From contig NC_091288.1 in the NCBI RefSeq assembly GCF_032444005.1, forward strand, positions 220,038,001 through 220,102,000: 64,000 nucleotides of DNA, in the 5' to 3' direction. The notes under the pieces are model-generated. The model was not told the origin of the DNA and did no database searches. It saw only the letters and a list, made by a program, of their open reading frames with translations. A program made the position numbers and the translations under genes. Shown here in pieces: positions 27,901 through 40,880 of the stretch (within the stretch, counting starts at the first letter, position 1; each line of letters begins with the position of its first letter). This DNA is from Ranitomeya imitator. Its lineage: Eukaryota.

Positions 27901-30900
27901 GCTGGAAACTTGAAACAAAGCTGCAGAACTTATTATACCGGGTGATTCACTCGCTACTTTACCCGGAAAAATTGCTGTAACTTCTAAAAGAGACGGTAGA
28001 CCGTACCGAAATCTGGACTGTACTTTGGTTTATGAGAAGTGAGAGTGCAGTGAACCTCAGCGATGACGAGTGGTCTCGCCAACGTGTCGTCCCACCGGTC
28101 GTCTCCATCACGAGATAAACTACTGACGCGCAGCAAGTCCATGTGCGCTGCTTACCCTTCACTCCGGCCGAGTTCCTCCATTTGTACTGATGCAGTTTGG
28201 AGGAGCGTTTTCATGGTGAAAACTTATTGGAAAATGGAGTCCTTAAAGAGGTGACAAAGTGAGATTCTAAAGAAGTTTGGAGGCCGAAATCCGTCGTCCA
28301 AACAAGGTCTTGTGTCATTGGTGAGTAAGCTGGAACGTGCAGGAACATTACTGGATCGGCATGATGGAGGACGTCTGAGGACACAACTCATGATGTGAAA
28401 CAGCGACTTCTGGTATCTCCATATAAGCCTTGCACAGGCCTTCCCAGGAGACTGGCATGTCATGATACACATGTCAATGAGCGGCCAAGACAGGTCACGC
28501 TCGCCCGTACAGAGTCACTGCCATTCAGGAATCGAAAGGGCTCGATCAAGAGACAAGAATTGGTTATTGCCAGATTTTTTTCCTTTGGGGCCATTTGAAG
28601 GGTCGGATGTACAGTAACGAGGCACGAACATTACAGGTGCCTCGGGAGAACATACAGCGAGAAATTCAGACTGTGACCCCCGAAGTTCAACAATACAGAC
28701 GTGCTAGGATGCGAACGGTGGCGGAGGACATTATCAACATCTGCTTTCAAACATCTATTTCTCATTAACCAAAGTACATACCGCCCAAACTTCAGCACGA
28801 TAGATCGGCACTTTTAGAAGTTACAGCAATGTTTCCGGGTAATGTAGTGAGTTAATCGCCCTGTATTAGACCTCAAGCTTAGGTTTCATAAAAGATGTTC
28901 TGCAGCATCTGATCGTTTTCTATCATATTAAACCCCTAGATGACCCTGTAATGTCCTTATTATTTGTGGAGCGTCGTTATCACGTACATCACACGACTTT
29001 GTCTCATTTACTTACTTTGTCCGAACACCAAGTTCACGGCTGAAAAGGAAAAGAAAGAAATGGTTACAATAGTGTAATAATAATCCCAAAGGAAAAAACT
29101 GAACTGGGATCAATATGGCTGCCGGTACATTTTACACGCATCATTCAGCAGCCAATCTGCATCACAATGATACGTATATGGCTGTCATGGAGGGCTCGAG
29201 GCGCAGACCAATGTGCCAGCTCCACCGCGATGGTGGGATCTACGGCAATGTCCTGTGATCTCGCTCACGTGTTTGAGGAGAAGACTCTGCAGGCACAATG
29301 TCCTCGTGATCTGACAACTGAGCCACCATCCTGTCCCGATGAACATGCTGCTGCCAAATCCTCACAGAGAGGCCATTGTCCGCGGCCGTCCAGAGTCAGG
29401 AGGGTGGATGTAAAGGTCCCGTCATCTGTACTTACTGATTTTCCGGCAACTGAAAAGTCACCCCACTAGACAACATGGACAGCTAGTGAGAAACGGGAAG
29501 CCACTGCCCCTGTACAGAAGATCCGCCCTACAGGACTCAAGGAAAACAGGAGACAACCCCCGAGGGAGCTGTAATGGCCGCCATGCTGACCACCACCCAG
29601 GCACACAACAAACACCAAGGAAACGGACAACCCTACTAGCAGATTGTGTATCACATAGCAGTGGATTAGATACACAGCTCAGCAGTCAGTATCACATAGG
29701 ATAGGATAGATACTGCAGCACACGGTCAGTCGTTTAGGTGCCTCTGACATGCTGGTGTAACATTGCAGGGAGGAGTGTGAACTTGGCTCCTCATAGGCAC
29801 CTTAAAGGGCGGCGGTTGCTCAAATAACGACTCAAACATTATGTGGAAGTGGCGGATCAGGCTGCAGAAAAGAAAAAAAAACTCATCTGTATCACGGGGA
29901 CGGACCGGAGACGCTGCGAGAGCCAAGCATTGTACTGACTGACCAGAGACTCTGCCAGAGCCGTGCATAGCACCAATGGACCGGAGTCGCGCATCGCACT
30001 GACTGACTGGAGACTCTGCCAGAGCCGCACATCGCACCAACGGACCGGAGTCGCGCATCGCACTGTCTGATCGGGGACGCTGCTGGAGCCACGCATCGCA
30101 CTGACTGGAGATGCTGCCAGAGCCGCGCATCGCACTGACTGTAGCCGCTGCCAGAGCCGCGCATCGCACCAACGGACCGGAGCTGCGCATCGCTCTGACT
30201 GACCGGAGACGCTGCCAGAGCCACGCATCGCACCAACGGACCGGAGCTACGCATCGCACTGACTGACTGGAGACTCTGCCGGAGCCGCGCATCACACTGA
30301 CTGAAGACGCTGCCGGAGACGCATATCGCACCAACGGACCGGAGCTAAGCATCACACTGACTGACCGGAGACTCTGCCGGAGCCACGCATCGCACTGACT
30401 GACCGGAGACACTGCTGGAGCTGCGCATCGCACTGACTGACCGGAGACTCTGTAAGAGCCGCGCATCACACTGACTGGAGACGCTGCCGGAGACGTGCAT
30501 CGCACCAACGGACCGGAGCTACGCATCACACTGACTGACCGGAGACTCTGCCGGAGCCGTGCATCACACTGACTGACGGGAGACTCTGCCGGAGCCACGC
30601 ATTGCACTGACTGACCGGAGATTCTTCCGGAGCTATGCATTGCACCAACGGACTGGAGCTACACATCGCACTGACTGACCAGAGACGCTGCTGGAGCTAC
30701 ACATCGCACTGACTGACCGGAGACTCTGCCGGAGCCGCACATCACACTGACTGGAGACGCTGCCGGAGACGCGCATCGCACCAACGGACCGGAGACTCTG
30801 CCGGAGCTACACATCGCACTGACTGACCAGAGACTCTGCCGGAGCCGCGCATCATACTGACTGGAGACGCGCATCGCACCAACGGACCGCAGCTACGCAT

Positions 30901-33900
30901 CGCACTGACTGACCGGAGACGCTGCCAGAGCCACGCATCGCACCAACGGACCGGAGCTACACATCGCACTGACTGACCGGAGACTCTGCCGGCGCCGCGC
31001 ATCACACTTACTGGAGACTCTGCCGGAGCTACACATCGCACTGACTGACCAGAGACTCTGCTGGAGCTGCGCATCACACTTACTGGAGACGCTGCCGGAG
31101 CTACACATCGCACTGACTGACCGGAGACTCTGCCGAAGCCGTGCATCACACTGACTGGAGATGCTGCCAGAGACGCGAATCACACTGCCTGGAGACGCTG
31201 CCGGAGCAGCGCATCGCACTGACTGACCGGAGACGCGCATCGCACTGACCGTAGATGATGCCGGAGACGCGCATCGCACTGACCGGAGACGCTGACGGAT
31301 TTTCTGAAGAGCCACAAGATATTAGATGATTCCAAGATCCCGATTCAGTGAGCGAGGACCCGGGAAGGTCTCGTGCAGACTAATAATAGCACTGAGAACA
31401 GGTTTATAATAAATCCTGACCCCAAAAATGAACGGATCCAGAAAATCACCAAAATAAAATCAGCATAAATGCAGATTACAGCATCCTTTATGCTCCAGTC
31501 ATATCCAGAGCTGCAACTCACATAAAAAGAAAATCTGACAACAAAACAACCTGGATCGAGCAGCAACACGGGCAACTAGAAGCTATGGAGACCCTTAACA
31601 AAAGTCTTAAATGGCCCCCAGACTCTCAAAACAACATTGAGTGTAGTTACATCCTGTATTATACCCCAGAGCTGCACTCACTATTCTTCTGGTGCAGTCA
31701 CTGTGTACATACATTACATTACTGATCCTGAGTTACCTCCTGTATTATACCCCAGGGCTGCACTCACTATTCTGCTGGTGCAGTCACTGTGTACATACAT
31801 TACATTACTGATCCTGAGTTACATCCTGTATTATACCCCAGAGCTGCACTCACTATTCTGCCGGTGCAGTCACTGTGTACATACATTACATTACTGACCC
31901 TGAGTTACATCCTGTATTATACTCCAGGGCTGCACTCACTATTCTGCTGGTGCAGTCACTGTGTACATACATTACTGATCCTGAGTTACATCCTGTATTA
32001 TACCCCAGAGCTGCACTCACTATTCTGCTGGTGCAGTCACTGTGTACATACATTACATTACTGATCCTGAGTTACATCCTGTATTATACTCCAGAGCTGC
32101 ACTCACTATTCTGCTGGTGCAGTCACTGTGTACATACATTACATTACTGATCCTGAGTTACCTCCTGTATTATACTCCAGAGCAGCACTCACTATTCTGC
32201 TGGTGCAGACACTGTGTACATACATTACATTACTGATCCCGAGTTAGCTCCTGTATTATACCCCAGAGCTGCACTCACTATTCTGCTGGTGCAGTCACTG
32301 TGTACATACATTACATTACTGATCCTGAGTTACCTCCTGTATTATACTCCAGAGCAGCATTCACTATTCTGCTGGTGCAGACGCTGTGTACATGCATTAC
32401 ATTAGGGTACGTTCACATTTGCGGTTTGCGCCGCCGCCGCAACAAAACGCATGCGTCGTGCGGCCCTATCTTTAACATTGGCGCCGCATGGGGCCGCATG
32501 TGCATGCGTTGTGTTGCGTTTTACGCCGCATGCGGCGTTAGGGCGCACCTGTCTGGGCGCGGCAAACGCAACATGTTGGATTTTTTGTGCGGCGCCGACC
32601 TTTTCAAAAACGCATGCGTCGTGCGGCCCTATCTTTTAACATTGGCGCCGCATGGGCCGCATGTGCATGCGTTTTGCTGCGTTTTTGTTTGCGTTGTGCG
32701 TTGCGGCGACGACGCTGCGGCGCACAACGCAAATGTGAACTTTACCTTACTGATCCTGAGTTACATCCTGTATTATACCCCAGAGCTGCACTCACTATTC
32801 TGCTGGTGCAGTCACTGTGTACATACATTACATTACTGATCCTGAGTTACCTCCTGTATTATACTCCAGAGCTGCACTCACTATCCTGCTGGTGCAGTCA
32901 CTGTGTACATACATTACATTACTGATCCTGAGTTACCTCCTGTATTATACTCCAGAGCTGCACTCACTATTCTGCTGGTGCAGTCACTGTGTACATACAT
33001 TACATTACTGATCCTGAGTTACATCCTATATTATACTCCAGAGCTGCACTCACTATTCTGCTGGTGCAGTCACTGTGTACATACATTACATTACTGATCC
33101 TGAGTTACCTCCTGTATTATACCCCAGAGCTGCACTCACTATTCTGCTGGTGCAGTCACTGTGTACATACATTACTGATCCTGAGTTACATCCTGTATTA
33201 TACCCCAGAGCTGCACTCACTATTCTGCTGGTGCAGTCACTGTGTACATACATTACATTACTGATCCTGAGTTACCTCCTGTATTATACCCCAGAGCTGC
33301 ACTCACTATTCTGCTGGTGCAGTCACTGTGTACATACATTACATTACTGATCCTGAGTTACCTCCTGTATTATACTCCAGAGCTGCACTCACTATTCTGC
33401 TGGTGCAGTCACTGTGTACATACATTACTGATCCTGAGTTACATCCTGTATTATACCCCAGAGCTGCACTCACTATTCTGCTGGTGCACTCACTGTGTAC
33501 ATACATTACATTACTGATCCTGAGTTACATCCTATATTATACTCCAGAGCTGCACTCACTATTCTGCTGGTGCAGTCACTGTGTACATACATTACTGATC
33601 CTGAGTTACATCCTGTATTATACCCCAGAGCTGCACTCACTATTCTGCTGGTGCAGTCACTGTGTACATACATTACTGATCCTGAGTTACATCCTGTATT
33701 ATACCCCAGAGCTGCACTCACTATTCTGCTGGTGCAGTCACTGTGTACATACATTACATTACTGATCCTGAGTTACATCCTGTATTATACCCCAGAGCTG
33801 CACTCGCTATTCTGCTGGTGCAGTCACTGTACATACATTACATTACTGATCCACTCGTGTGATCAGGAACCAGTAACACAGACTGGAGGAGAATGGCGAG

Positions 33901-36900
33901 AGATCCCAAAGGAGATGGACTTCACAAAAATATCAAATGATTATCGTTAAAAGAAAAAACACTTGTACATCTGGTATCGGAGAGCGGGTTTATACAGAGG
34001 GGGCTCTAAAGCTTATGAACCTTAAAGAAATTTCCTTATTTCTGCATAAATTTTACCTAAAACTGCGTCAGATTTTCACAAGTCGTAAAAGTAGATAAAG
34101 AACTAAACTCAAACTCGTGAGGAAAAAAATGTGAGACATTTTTCATTGGTTCAATTAGGAATAGATCCAATATCACACGTCTGTGGAGGCAAAAGTATGT
34201 GAACCCTTTCCTCAGTATTTGGTTTGACTCCTTGTGCAACAATAACTGTATATAAATGTTTCCAGTAATTTCTGATTATTCCTTACATTAGCTAATGTGA
34301 GAGAGGCCTTTAGTTGTTTAGAATTAATCTTGGGTCCCTTTGTGACCTTGCGGATTCTTATATGCTGTGCTCTTTGCTGTTCGACTGTTCCTGTGGAGTG
34401 TAATAAGGGTCGGGAAATTTCTCCATTTGAACATTCTGACTATGGATTGGTGGATTCTAAACTATTCGGTGATGATTTTATAACAGTTTACAACCTGAAG
34501 AACATCAACTTGGCAATCTCCTCTGTTCGTGTCATGAGATAATTGTACAAATGAGTCCTCCTGCTTCCTCTTTGACCAGTTACAATCTGGCTTCCGACCC
34601 CATCACTCAACTGAAACTGCCCGTACTAAAGTGACCAATGACCTACTAACCGCCAAGAGAAAGCGACACTACTGTCCTCCTCCTCCTGGAATTGTCTTTT
34701 GCCTTCGACACTGCGGACCATTCCCTTCTGCTACAGATTCTCTCATCTCTTGTCATCACAGACTTGGTCCTATCCTGGATCTCATCATACCTAACAGACC
34801 GGACATTCAGCGTCTCCCTCTCACACACCACCTCCTCACTTCGCCCCTTGTCTGTCGGTGTTCCCCAAGGCTCTGTTCTAGGACTCCCACTCTTCTCCAT
34901 CTACAGCTTCGGCCTGGGACAGCTCATAGAATCCCACGGTATGCAGTACCATCTCTACGCCGATGACACGCAGATCTACCTATCTGGACCTGACCTCACC
35001 TCCTTACTCATCAAAGTCCCACAATGTCTATCTGATATTTCATCTTTCCTTTCTGCTCGCTTTCTAAAACTGCACATGGACAAAACAGAATTTATCATCT
35101 TTCCCCACCTCACTCTACTCCTCCACCAGACCTATCCATCAATGTCAATGGCTGCTCACTGTCCTCAGTCCCGCACGCCCGGTGCCTCGGGGTGATCCTT
35201 GACTCTACCGTCTCTTGCAAGCCACATATCCAAGCCCTTGCCTCCTCTTGCTGATTCCAACTCAAAAACATTTCCTGGATTGGTGCATTCCTTGACCAAG
35301 AATCAGCAAAAACACTAGTGCATGCCCTTATCATCTCCCGCCTCGACTACTGCAACCTCCTACTCTCTGGCCTCCCCTCTCGCATTCTGGCACCACTCCA
35401 ATCCATCCTAAACTCTGCTGCCCGACTAATCCACCTGTCCCCCCCGCTATTCCACAGCCTCTCCTCTCTGCCAGGCTCTTCACTGGCTCCCCATTACCCA
35501 GAGGCTACAGTTCAAAACCCTAACCATGACGTACAAAGCCATCCACAACCTGTCTCCTCCATACATCTGTGACCTCGTCTCCCGGTACTTACCTACCCGC
35601 AACCTCTGATCCTCACAAGATCTCCTTCTCTACTCCCCTCTTATCTCCTCTTCCCACAATCGTATACAAGATTTCTCTCGCGTATCACCCCTACTCTGGA
35701 ACCCTCTACCACAACATATCAGACTCTCACCTACCATCGAAACCTTCAAAAAGAGCCTGAAGACCCACCTCTTCCGACAAGCCTACAGCGATCCTCAACC
35801 TACTGAACCGCCGTACAACCAGCTCTACCCTCTCCTACTGTTTCCTCACCCATCCCCTGCAGACTGTGAGCCCTCGCGGGCAGAGTCCTCCCTCCTTATG
35901 TACCTGTGTGCCTTGTGTTACTCATGTTTATTGTACTTGTCTATATTTGCCCCTACCACGTGTAAAGCGCCATGGAATAAATGACGCTATAATTATTATT
36001 ATTTATTGTTTTAGCGCCATTTATTCCATGGCGCTTTACATGTGAGGAGGGGTATACATAATATAAAAATGTATAATACTGATATTAATCAGTCTTTGAT
36101 ACATCCATTGGTTTTCTTTAATAAAACAGGTCACCCACTCACACCTAACTGATATCCCAATAATTGAAAATACTGATTCTAAATTTACCTTTAAACACTC
36201 TGCTAATCGTAAAGGGTCACATACTTTTACCATTCACAGATCTGGAAACTTAGATCATTTTGATCAATATACTAAACTGTAAAAAAATAACAGCAAGTAT
36301 AAGTAAGACAGTAAGTAGCATGGATCAGTCAGCGCTGGTTATTATATATAATGTACAGGGGTCAGTGACCGGATATTATCAGGACGGATCAGTCAGCGCT
36401 GGTTATTATATATAATGTACAGGGATCAGTGACCGGATATTATCAGGACGGGTCAGTCAGCGCTGGTTATTATATATAATGTACAGGGGTCAGTGACCGG
36501 ATATTATCAGGACAGATCAGTCAGCGCTGGTTATTATATATAATGTACAGGGATCAGTGACCGGATATTATCAGGACGGATCAGTCAGCGCTGGTTATTA
36601 TATATAATGTACAGGGATCAGTGACCGGATATTATCAGGACGGATCAGTCAGCGCTGGTTATTATATATAATGTACAGGGATCAGTGACCGGATATTATC
36701 AGGACGGATCAGTCAGCGCTGGTTATTATATATAATGTACAGGGGTCAGTGACCGGATATTATCAGGACGGATCAGTCAGCGCTGGTTATTATATATAAT
36801 GTACAGGGATCAGTGACCGGATATTATCAGGACGGGTCAGTCAGCGCTGGTTATTATATATAATGTACAGGGATCAGTGACCGGATATTATCAGGACGGA

Positions 36901-36915
36901 TCAGTCAGCGCTGGT

Positions 36916-36958
<43 letters not shown>

Positions 36959-38997
36959 GTACAGGGATCGGTGACCGGATATTATCAGGACGGATCAGTC
37001 AGCGCTGGTTATTATATATAATGTACAGGGATCAGTGACCGGATATTATCAGGACGGATCAGTCAGCGCTGGTTATTATATATAATGTACAGGGATCGGT
37101 GACCGGATATTATCAGGACGGATCAGTCAGCGCTGGTTATTATATATAATGTAAAGGGATCAGTGACCGGATATTATCAGGACGGATCAGTCAGCGCTGG
37201 TTATTATATATAATGTACAGGGGTCGGTGACCGGATATTATCAGGACGGATCAGTCAGCGCTGGTTATTATATATAATGTACAGGGATCAGTGACCGGAT
37301 ATTATCAGGACGGATCAGTCAGCGCTGGTTATTATATATAATGTACAGGGATCAGTGACCGGATATTATCAGGACGGATCAGTCAGCGCTGGTTATTATA
37401 TATAATGTACAGGGATCAGTGACCGGATATTATCAGGACGGATCAGTCAGCGCTGGTTATTATATATAATGTACAGGGATCGGTGCCCGGATATTATCAG
37501 GACGGATCAGTCAGCGCTGGTTATTATATATAATGTACAGGGATCAGTGACCGGATATTATCAGGACGGATCAGTCAGCGCTGGTTATTATATATAATGT
37601 ACAGGGGTCGGTGACCGGATATTATCAGGACGGATCAGTCAGCGCTGGTTATTATATATAATGTACAGGGATCAGTGACCGGATATTATCAGGACGGATC
37701 AGTCAGCGCTGGTTATTATATATAATGTACAGGGATCAGTGACCGGATATTATCAGGACGGATCAGTCAGCGCTGGTTATTATATATAATGTACAGGGGT
37801 CGGTGACCGGATATTATCAGGACGGATCAGTCAGCGCTGGTTATTATATATAATGTAAAGGGATCAGTGACCGGATATTATCAGGACGGATCAGTCAGCG
37901 CTGGTTATATATAATGTACAGGGATCGGTGACCGGATATTATCAGGACGGATCAGTCAGCGCTGGTTATTATACATAATGTACAGGGATCAGTGACCGGA
38001 TATTATCAGGACGGATCAGTCAGCGCTGGTTATTATATATAATGTACAGGGATCGGTGACCGGATATTATCAGGACGGATCAGTCAGCGCTGGTTATTAT
38101 ATATAATGTAAAGGGATCAGTGACCGGATATTATCAGGACGGATCAGTCAGCGCTGGTTATTATATATAATGTACAGGGATCGGTGACCGGATATTATCA
38201 GGACGGATCAGTCAGCGCTGGTTATTATATATAATGTACAGGGATCAGTGACCGGATATTATCAGGACGGATCAGTCAGCGCTGGTTATTATATATAATG
38301 TACAGGGATCGGTGACCGGATATTATCAGGACGGATCAGTCAGCGCTGGTTATTATATATAATGTACAGGGATCAGTGACCGGATATTATCAGGACGGGT
38401 CAGTCAGCGCTGGTTATTATATATAATGTACAGATCAGTGACCGGATATTATCAAGACGGATCAGTCAGTGCTGGTTATTATATATAATGTACAGGGATC
38501 AGTGACCGGATATTATCAGGATGGGTCAGTCAGCGCTGGTTATTATATATAATGTACAGGGATCAGTGACCGGATATTATCAAGACGGATCAGTCAGTGC
38601 TGGTTATTATATATAATGTACAGGGATCGGTGACCGGATATTATCAGGACGGATCAGTCAGCGCTGGTTATTATATATAATGTACAGGGATCAGTGACCG
38701 GATATTATCAGGACGGATCAGTCAGCGCTGGTTATTATATATAATGTACAGGGATCGGTGACCGGATATTATAACCTTGTGGAGAAGTCTAAGGTCGATG
38801 TATCATTAACCCCGGACAGTTTGCAGACGTTTTTGGTTTTGCAGTAACGCCCTCCTGATTTTATTCTCATCTTCGTCCTCCTCGATTATATTAAGAAGAA
38901 AAATATTTTAAAAACCTAACGATTTCCGCTGTTCGGTGTAACTTCTGCGGCACTCACCTGCTAACAATAGTATCGCTCGGCCAAGAGGCTGCTGCAT
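24972..38997 (-). CDS. prss8: Prostasin / channel-activating protease 1 (xCAP1-like) GPI-anchored trypsin-like serine protease
   Basis: Exons 38958-38997 (Kozak GCCGCCATG, signal peptide [13 protein letters not shown]|GTGAGT), 27445-27589 (NR-IVGG...LTAAHCFP), 25741-26012 (WDIAVVKL), 25491-25657 (MICAG...VDACQ) and 24972-25301 (GDSGGP...hydrophobic GPI-type tail [26 protein letters not shown]). Triad H/D/S and S1 Asp are intact. Position next to kat8 matches the known tetrapod synteny. Any small propeptide exon(s) between 27589 and 38958 are unresolved. Confidence 0.88.
26095..27256. mobile_element. Harbinger-type non-autonomous element with a second Harbinger MITE nested at 26196-26605
   Basis: Outer TIR GGCCTCTTTCACACTTCCGTC / GACGGAAGAGTGAAAGAAGCC with TAA TSD; inner GGCTACTTTCACACTAGCG / CGCTAGTGTGAAAGGAGCC with TTA TSD. 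Confidence 0.85.
27445..27589 (-). CDS. prss8: prss8 exon with activation site and catalytic His; not in the ORF track
   Basis: CTTCCTGCAG|TCGCCAATCGCATTGTCGGAGGA...CACTGCTTCCCGAC|GTAAGT. Confidence 0.92.
27938..28863 (+). mobile_element. Internally deleted, decayed Tc1/mariner-superfamily element
   Basis: 53-bp TIRs (47/53 identical), TA flanks at 27936-37 and 28864-65; transposase remnants [13 protein letters not shown] (~28575) and GGGHYQHLL (~28720). Confidence 0.8.
29880..31300. repeat. Composite GC-rich minisatellite (modules gcatcgcactgactgaccggagactctgccggagcc and gcatcgcaccaacggaccggagct)
   Basis: Modules are shuffled in irregular order; source of the spurious [10 protein letters not shown] ORFs. 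Confidence 0.9.
31650..33850. repeat. 81/86-bp satellite (actgatcctgagttacatcctgtattataccccagagctgcactcactattctgctggtgcagtcactgtgtacatacattacatt)
   Basis: Units differ by one ACATT; interrupted by a MITE at 32405-32746. Confidence 0.95.
32405..32746. mobile_element. Harbinger-type MITE inside the 81/86-bp satellite
   Basis: GGGTACGTTCACATTTGCG / CGCAAATGTGAACTTTACC termini, TTA TSD on both sides. Confidence 0.8.
34040..34560. mobile_element. Decayed Tc1-like fragment
   Basis: Tc1-type terminal sequence (aaaagtatgtgaaccct) near 34190 and typical AT-rich Tc1 flank; by resemblance only. Confidence 0.4.
34560..35995 (+). mobile_element. L2 LINE 3' fragment (RT, frameshifted) with intact 3' tail
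   Basis: [35 protein letters not shown]; tail gtaaagcgccatggaataaatgacgctataattattatt. Confidence 0.88.
36320..38772. repeat. Highly homogeneous 64-bp satellite, about 38 copies, with a (TA)n expansion near 36920-36955
   Basis: Unit ggatcagtcagcgctggttattatatataatgtacagggatcagtgaccggatattatcaggac; period of 64 (38651 vs 38715). Confidence 0.96.
38958..38997 (-). CDS. prss8: prss8 first coding exon (signal peptide)
   Basis: Strong Kozak, hydrophobic core, GTGAGT donor in phase 1, compatible with the phase-1 acceptor at 27589. Confidence 0.7.
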
Positions 38998-39614
38998 GGC
39001 GGCACCAGGGTCCGGATATTCCCAAGATCGGCCCTAACAGTCCAGGTTCAGCCCCAAGTGTCGGAGGTCCTTACACAGAGAAGAGGCCCGGAGGTCCTAC
39101 ACATCCAGGGGCCACGGCTCAGTAATGTGGACCCCTATACACCAAGGTCAATGTCCAGGGTCAACGCAGGTGATGGGTCAGTGCAGGTGATGGGTCCGCG
39201 CAGGTGATGGGTCCGCGCAGGTGATGGGTCCGCGCAGTGGTGGCGGAGCGTCCAGGCTCCGCAGGCCGTCAGTAGCAGATGCTGGGAGCTCAGGTCCTGA
39301 TGTCGGCTCTGCCGCCTCTGGAATGTGAACAGGTGTATGACTGCAGTTTCACCTGAGAAGCAGAACAACCTGTTCCTGAGCAGCGCTCCTCCCCTGCTCC
39401 CTGCCCCCACCCTACCTGGGAAGGCAATGATTGTCAGCTCTGGGGGCGAGAACGGTGCCAGGCCTGGACTCCTTCTCCTCTGGCTAGTTGTCTATTCAGA
39501 TATTTCTTAGTTGGATCCATTTTCGGGAAAACAGGATGAAAACTAATATGACCAGAATTACTGGACATAACTGAAGCGATTTGCAGGATTCTGATCTGTT
39601 AGGTGGCGGTTCAC

Positions 39615-40880
39615 ACTGTAGGTAGTGATGTGCGGGGTAACTAGCAGTTTGCAGGGTAGGTAGTGATGTGCGGGGTAACTAGCGGTTCGCAGGGTAGGTA
39701 GTGGACTGCGGGGTAATTAGTAGTTTGCAGGGTAGGTAGTGGACTGCGGGGTAACTAGCGGTTCGCAGGGTAGGTAGTGATGTGCGGGGTAACTAGCGGT
39801 TCTCAGGTAGGTAGCGGACTGCGGGATAATTATTAGTTTGCGGGGTAACTAGCAGTTTGCAGGGTAGGTAGTGGACTGCGGGGTAACTAGCGGTTCTCAG
39901 GGTAGGTAGCAGTTTGCGGGGTAATTAGTAGTTTGTAGGGTAGGTAGCAGTTTGCGGGGTAACTAGCGGTTTGTAAGGTATGTAGCGGTTAGCGGGGTAA
40001 CTAGTGGTTTGTCAGGTAGGTAGCGGTTAGCGGGGTAACTAGCAGTTTGCAGGGTAGGTAGTGGACTGCAGGGTAACTAGCGGTTCTCAGGGTAGGTAGC
40101 AGTTTGCGGGGTAATTAGTAGTTTGTAGGGTAGGTAGCAGTTTGCGGGGTAACTAGCGGTTTGTAAGGTATGTAGTGGTTAGCGGGGTAACTAGCGGTTC
40201 GCAGGGTAGGTAGCGGTTAGTGGGGTAACTAGTGGTTTGTCAGGTAGGTAGCGGTTAGCGGGGTAACTAGCGGTTTGTAAGGTAGGTAGCGGTTAGCGGG
40301 GTAACTAGTGGTTTGTCAGGTAGGTAGCGGTTAGCGGGGTAACTAGCGGTTTGTAAGGTAGGTAGCGGTTAGCGGGGTAACTAGCGGTTTGTAAGGTAGG
40401 TAGCGGTTAGCGGGGTAACTAGTGGTTTGTAAGGTAGGTAGCGGTTAGCGGGGTAACTAGCGGTTTGTAAGGTAGGTAGCGGTTAGCGGGGTAGCTAACG
40501 GTTTGTAAGGTAGGTAGCAGTTAGAGTTAGCGGGGTAACTAGTGGTTTGTAAGGTAGGTAGCAGTTAGCGGGGTAAATAGCGGTTTGTAAGGTAGGTAGC
40601 GGTTAGCAGGGTAACTAGCGGTTTGTAAGGGAGGTAGCAGTTAGCGGGGTAACTAGCGGTTTGCAAGGTAGGTAGCGGTTAGTGGGGTAACTAGCGGTTC
40701 GCAGGGTAAGTAGTGGACTACGGGGTAACTAGCGGTTTGTAAGGGAGGTAGCAGTTAGCGGGGTAACTAGTGGTTCGCCGGTAGGTAGCGGACTGCGGAG
40801 TAATTAGCGGTTTGTAGGGTAGGTAGCAGTTTGCGGGGTAATTAGTAGTTTGTGGGGTAATTAGCGGTTCGCAGGGTCAC
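39615..40880. repeat. 38-bp minisatellite (taggtagcggttagcggggtaactagcggtttgtaagg) upstream of prss8
   Basis: Period of 38 (40321 vs 40359). Confidence 0.93.

Noticed and set aside
27960-28186. Two attractive small-exon candidates for the prss8 pro-peptide (21 nt at about 27963-27983; 31 nt at about 28156-28186)
   Set aside because: Both lie inside the Tc1/mariner remnant. The 21-nt one is part of its TIR and is mirrored at about 28810-28845, so it is probably coincidental.
36320-38772. Regular direct repeats resembling a CRISPR array
   Set aside because: There are no unique spacers and no cas genes, and the DNA is eukaryotic. This is a head-to-tail satellite, as are all other arrays here.
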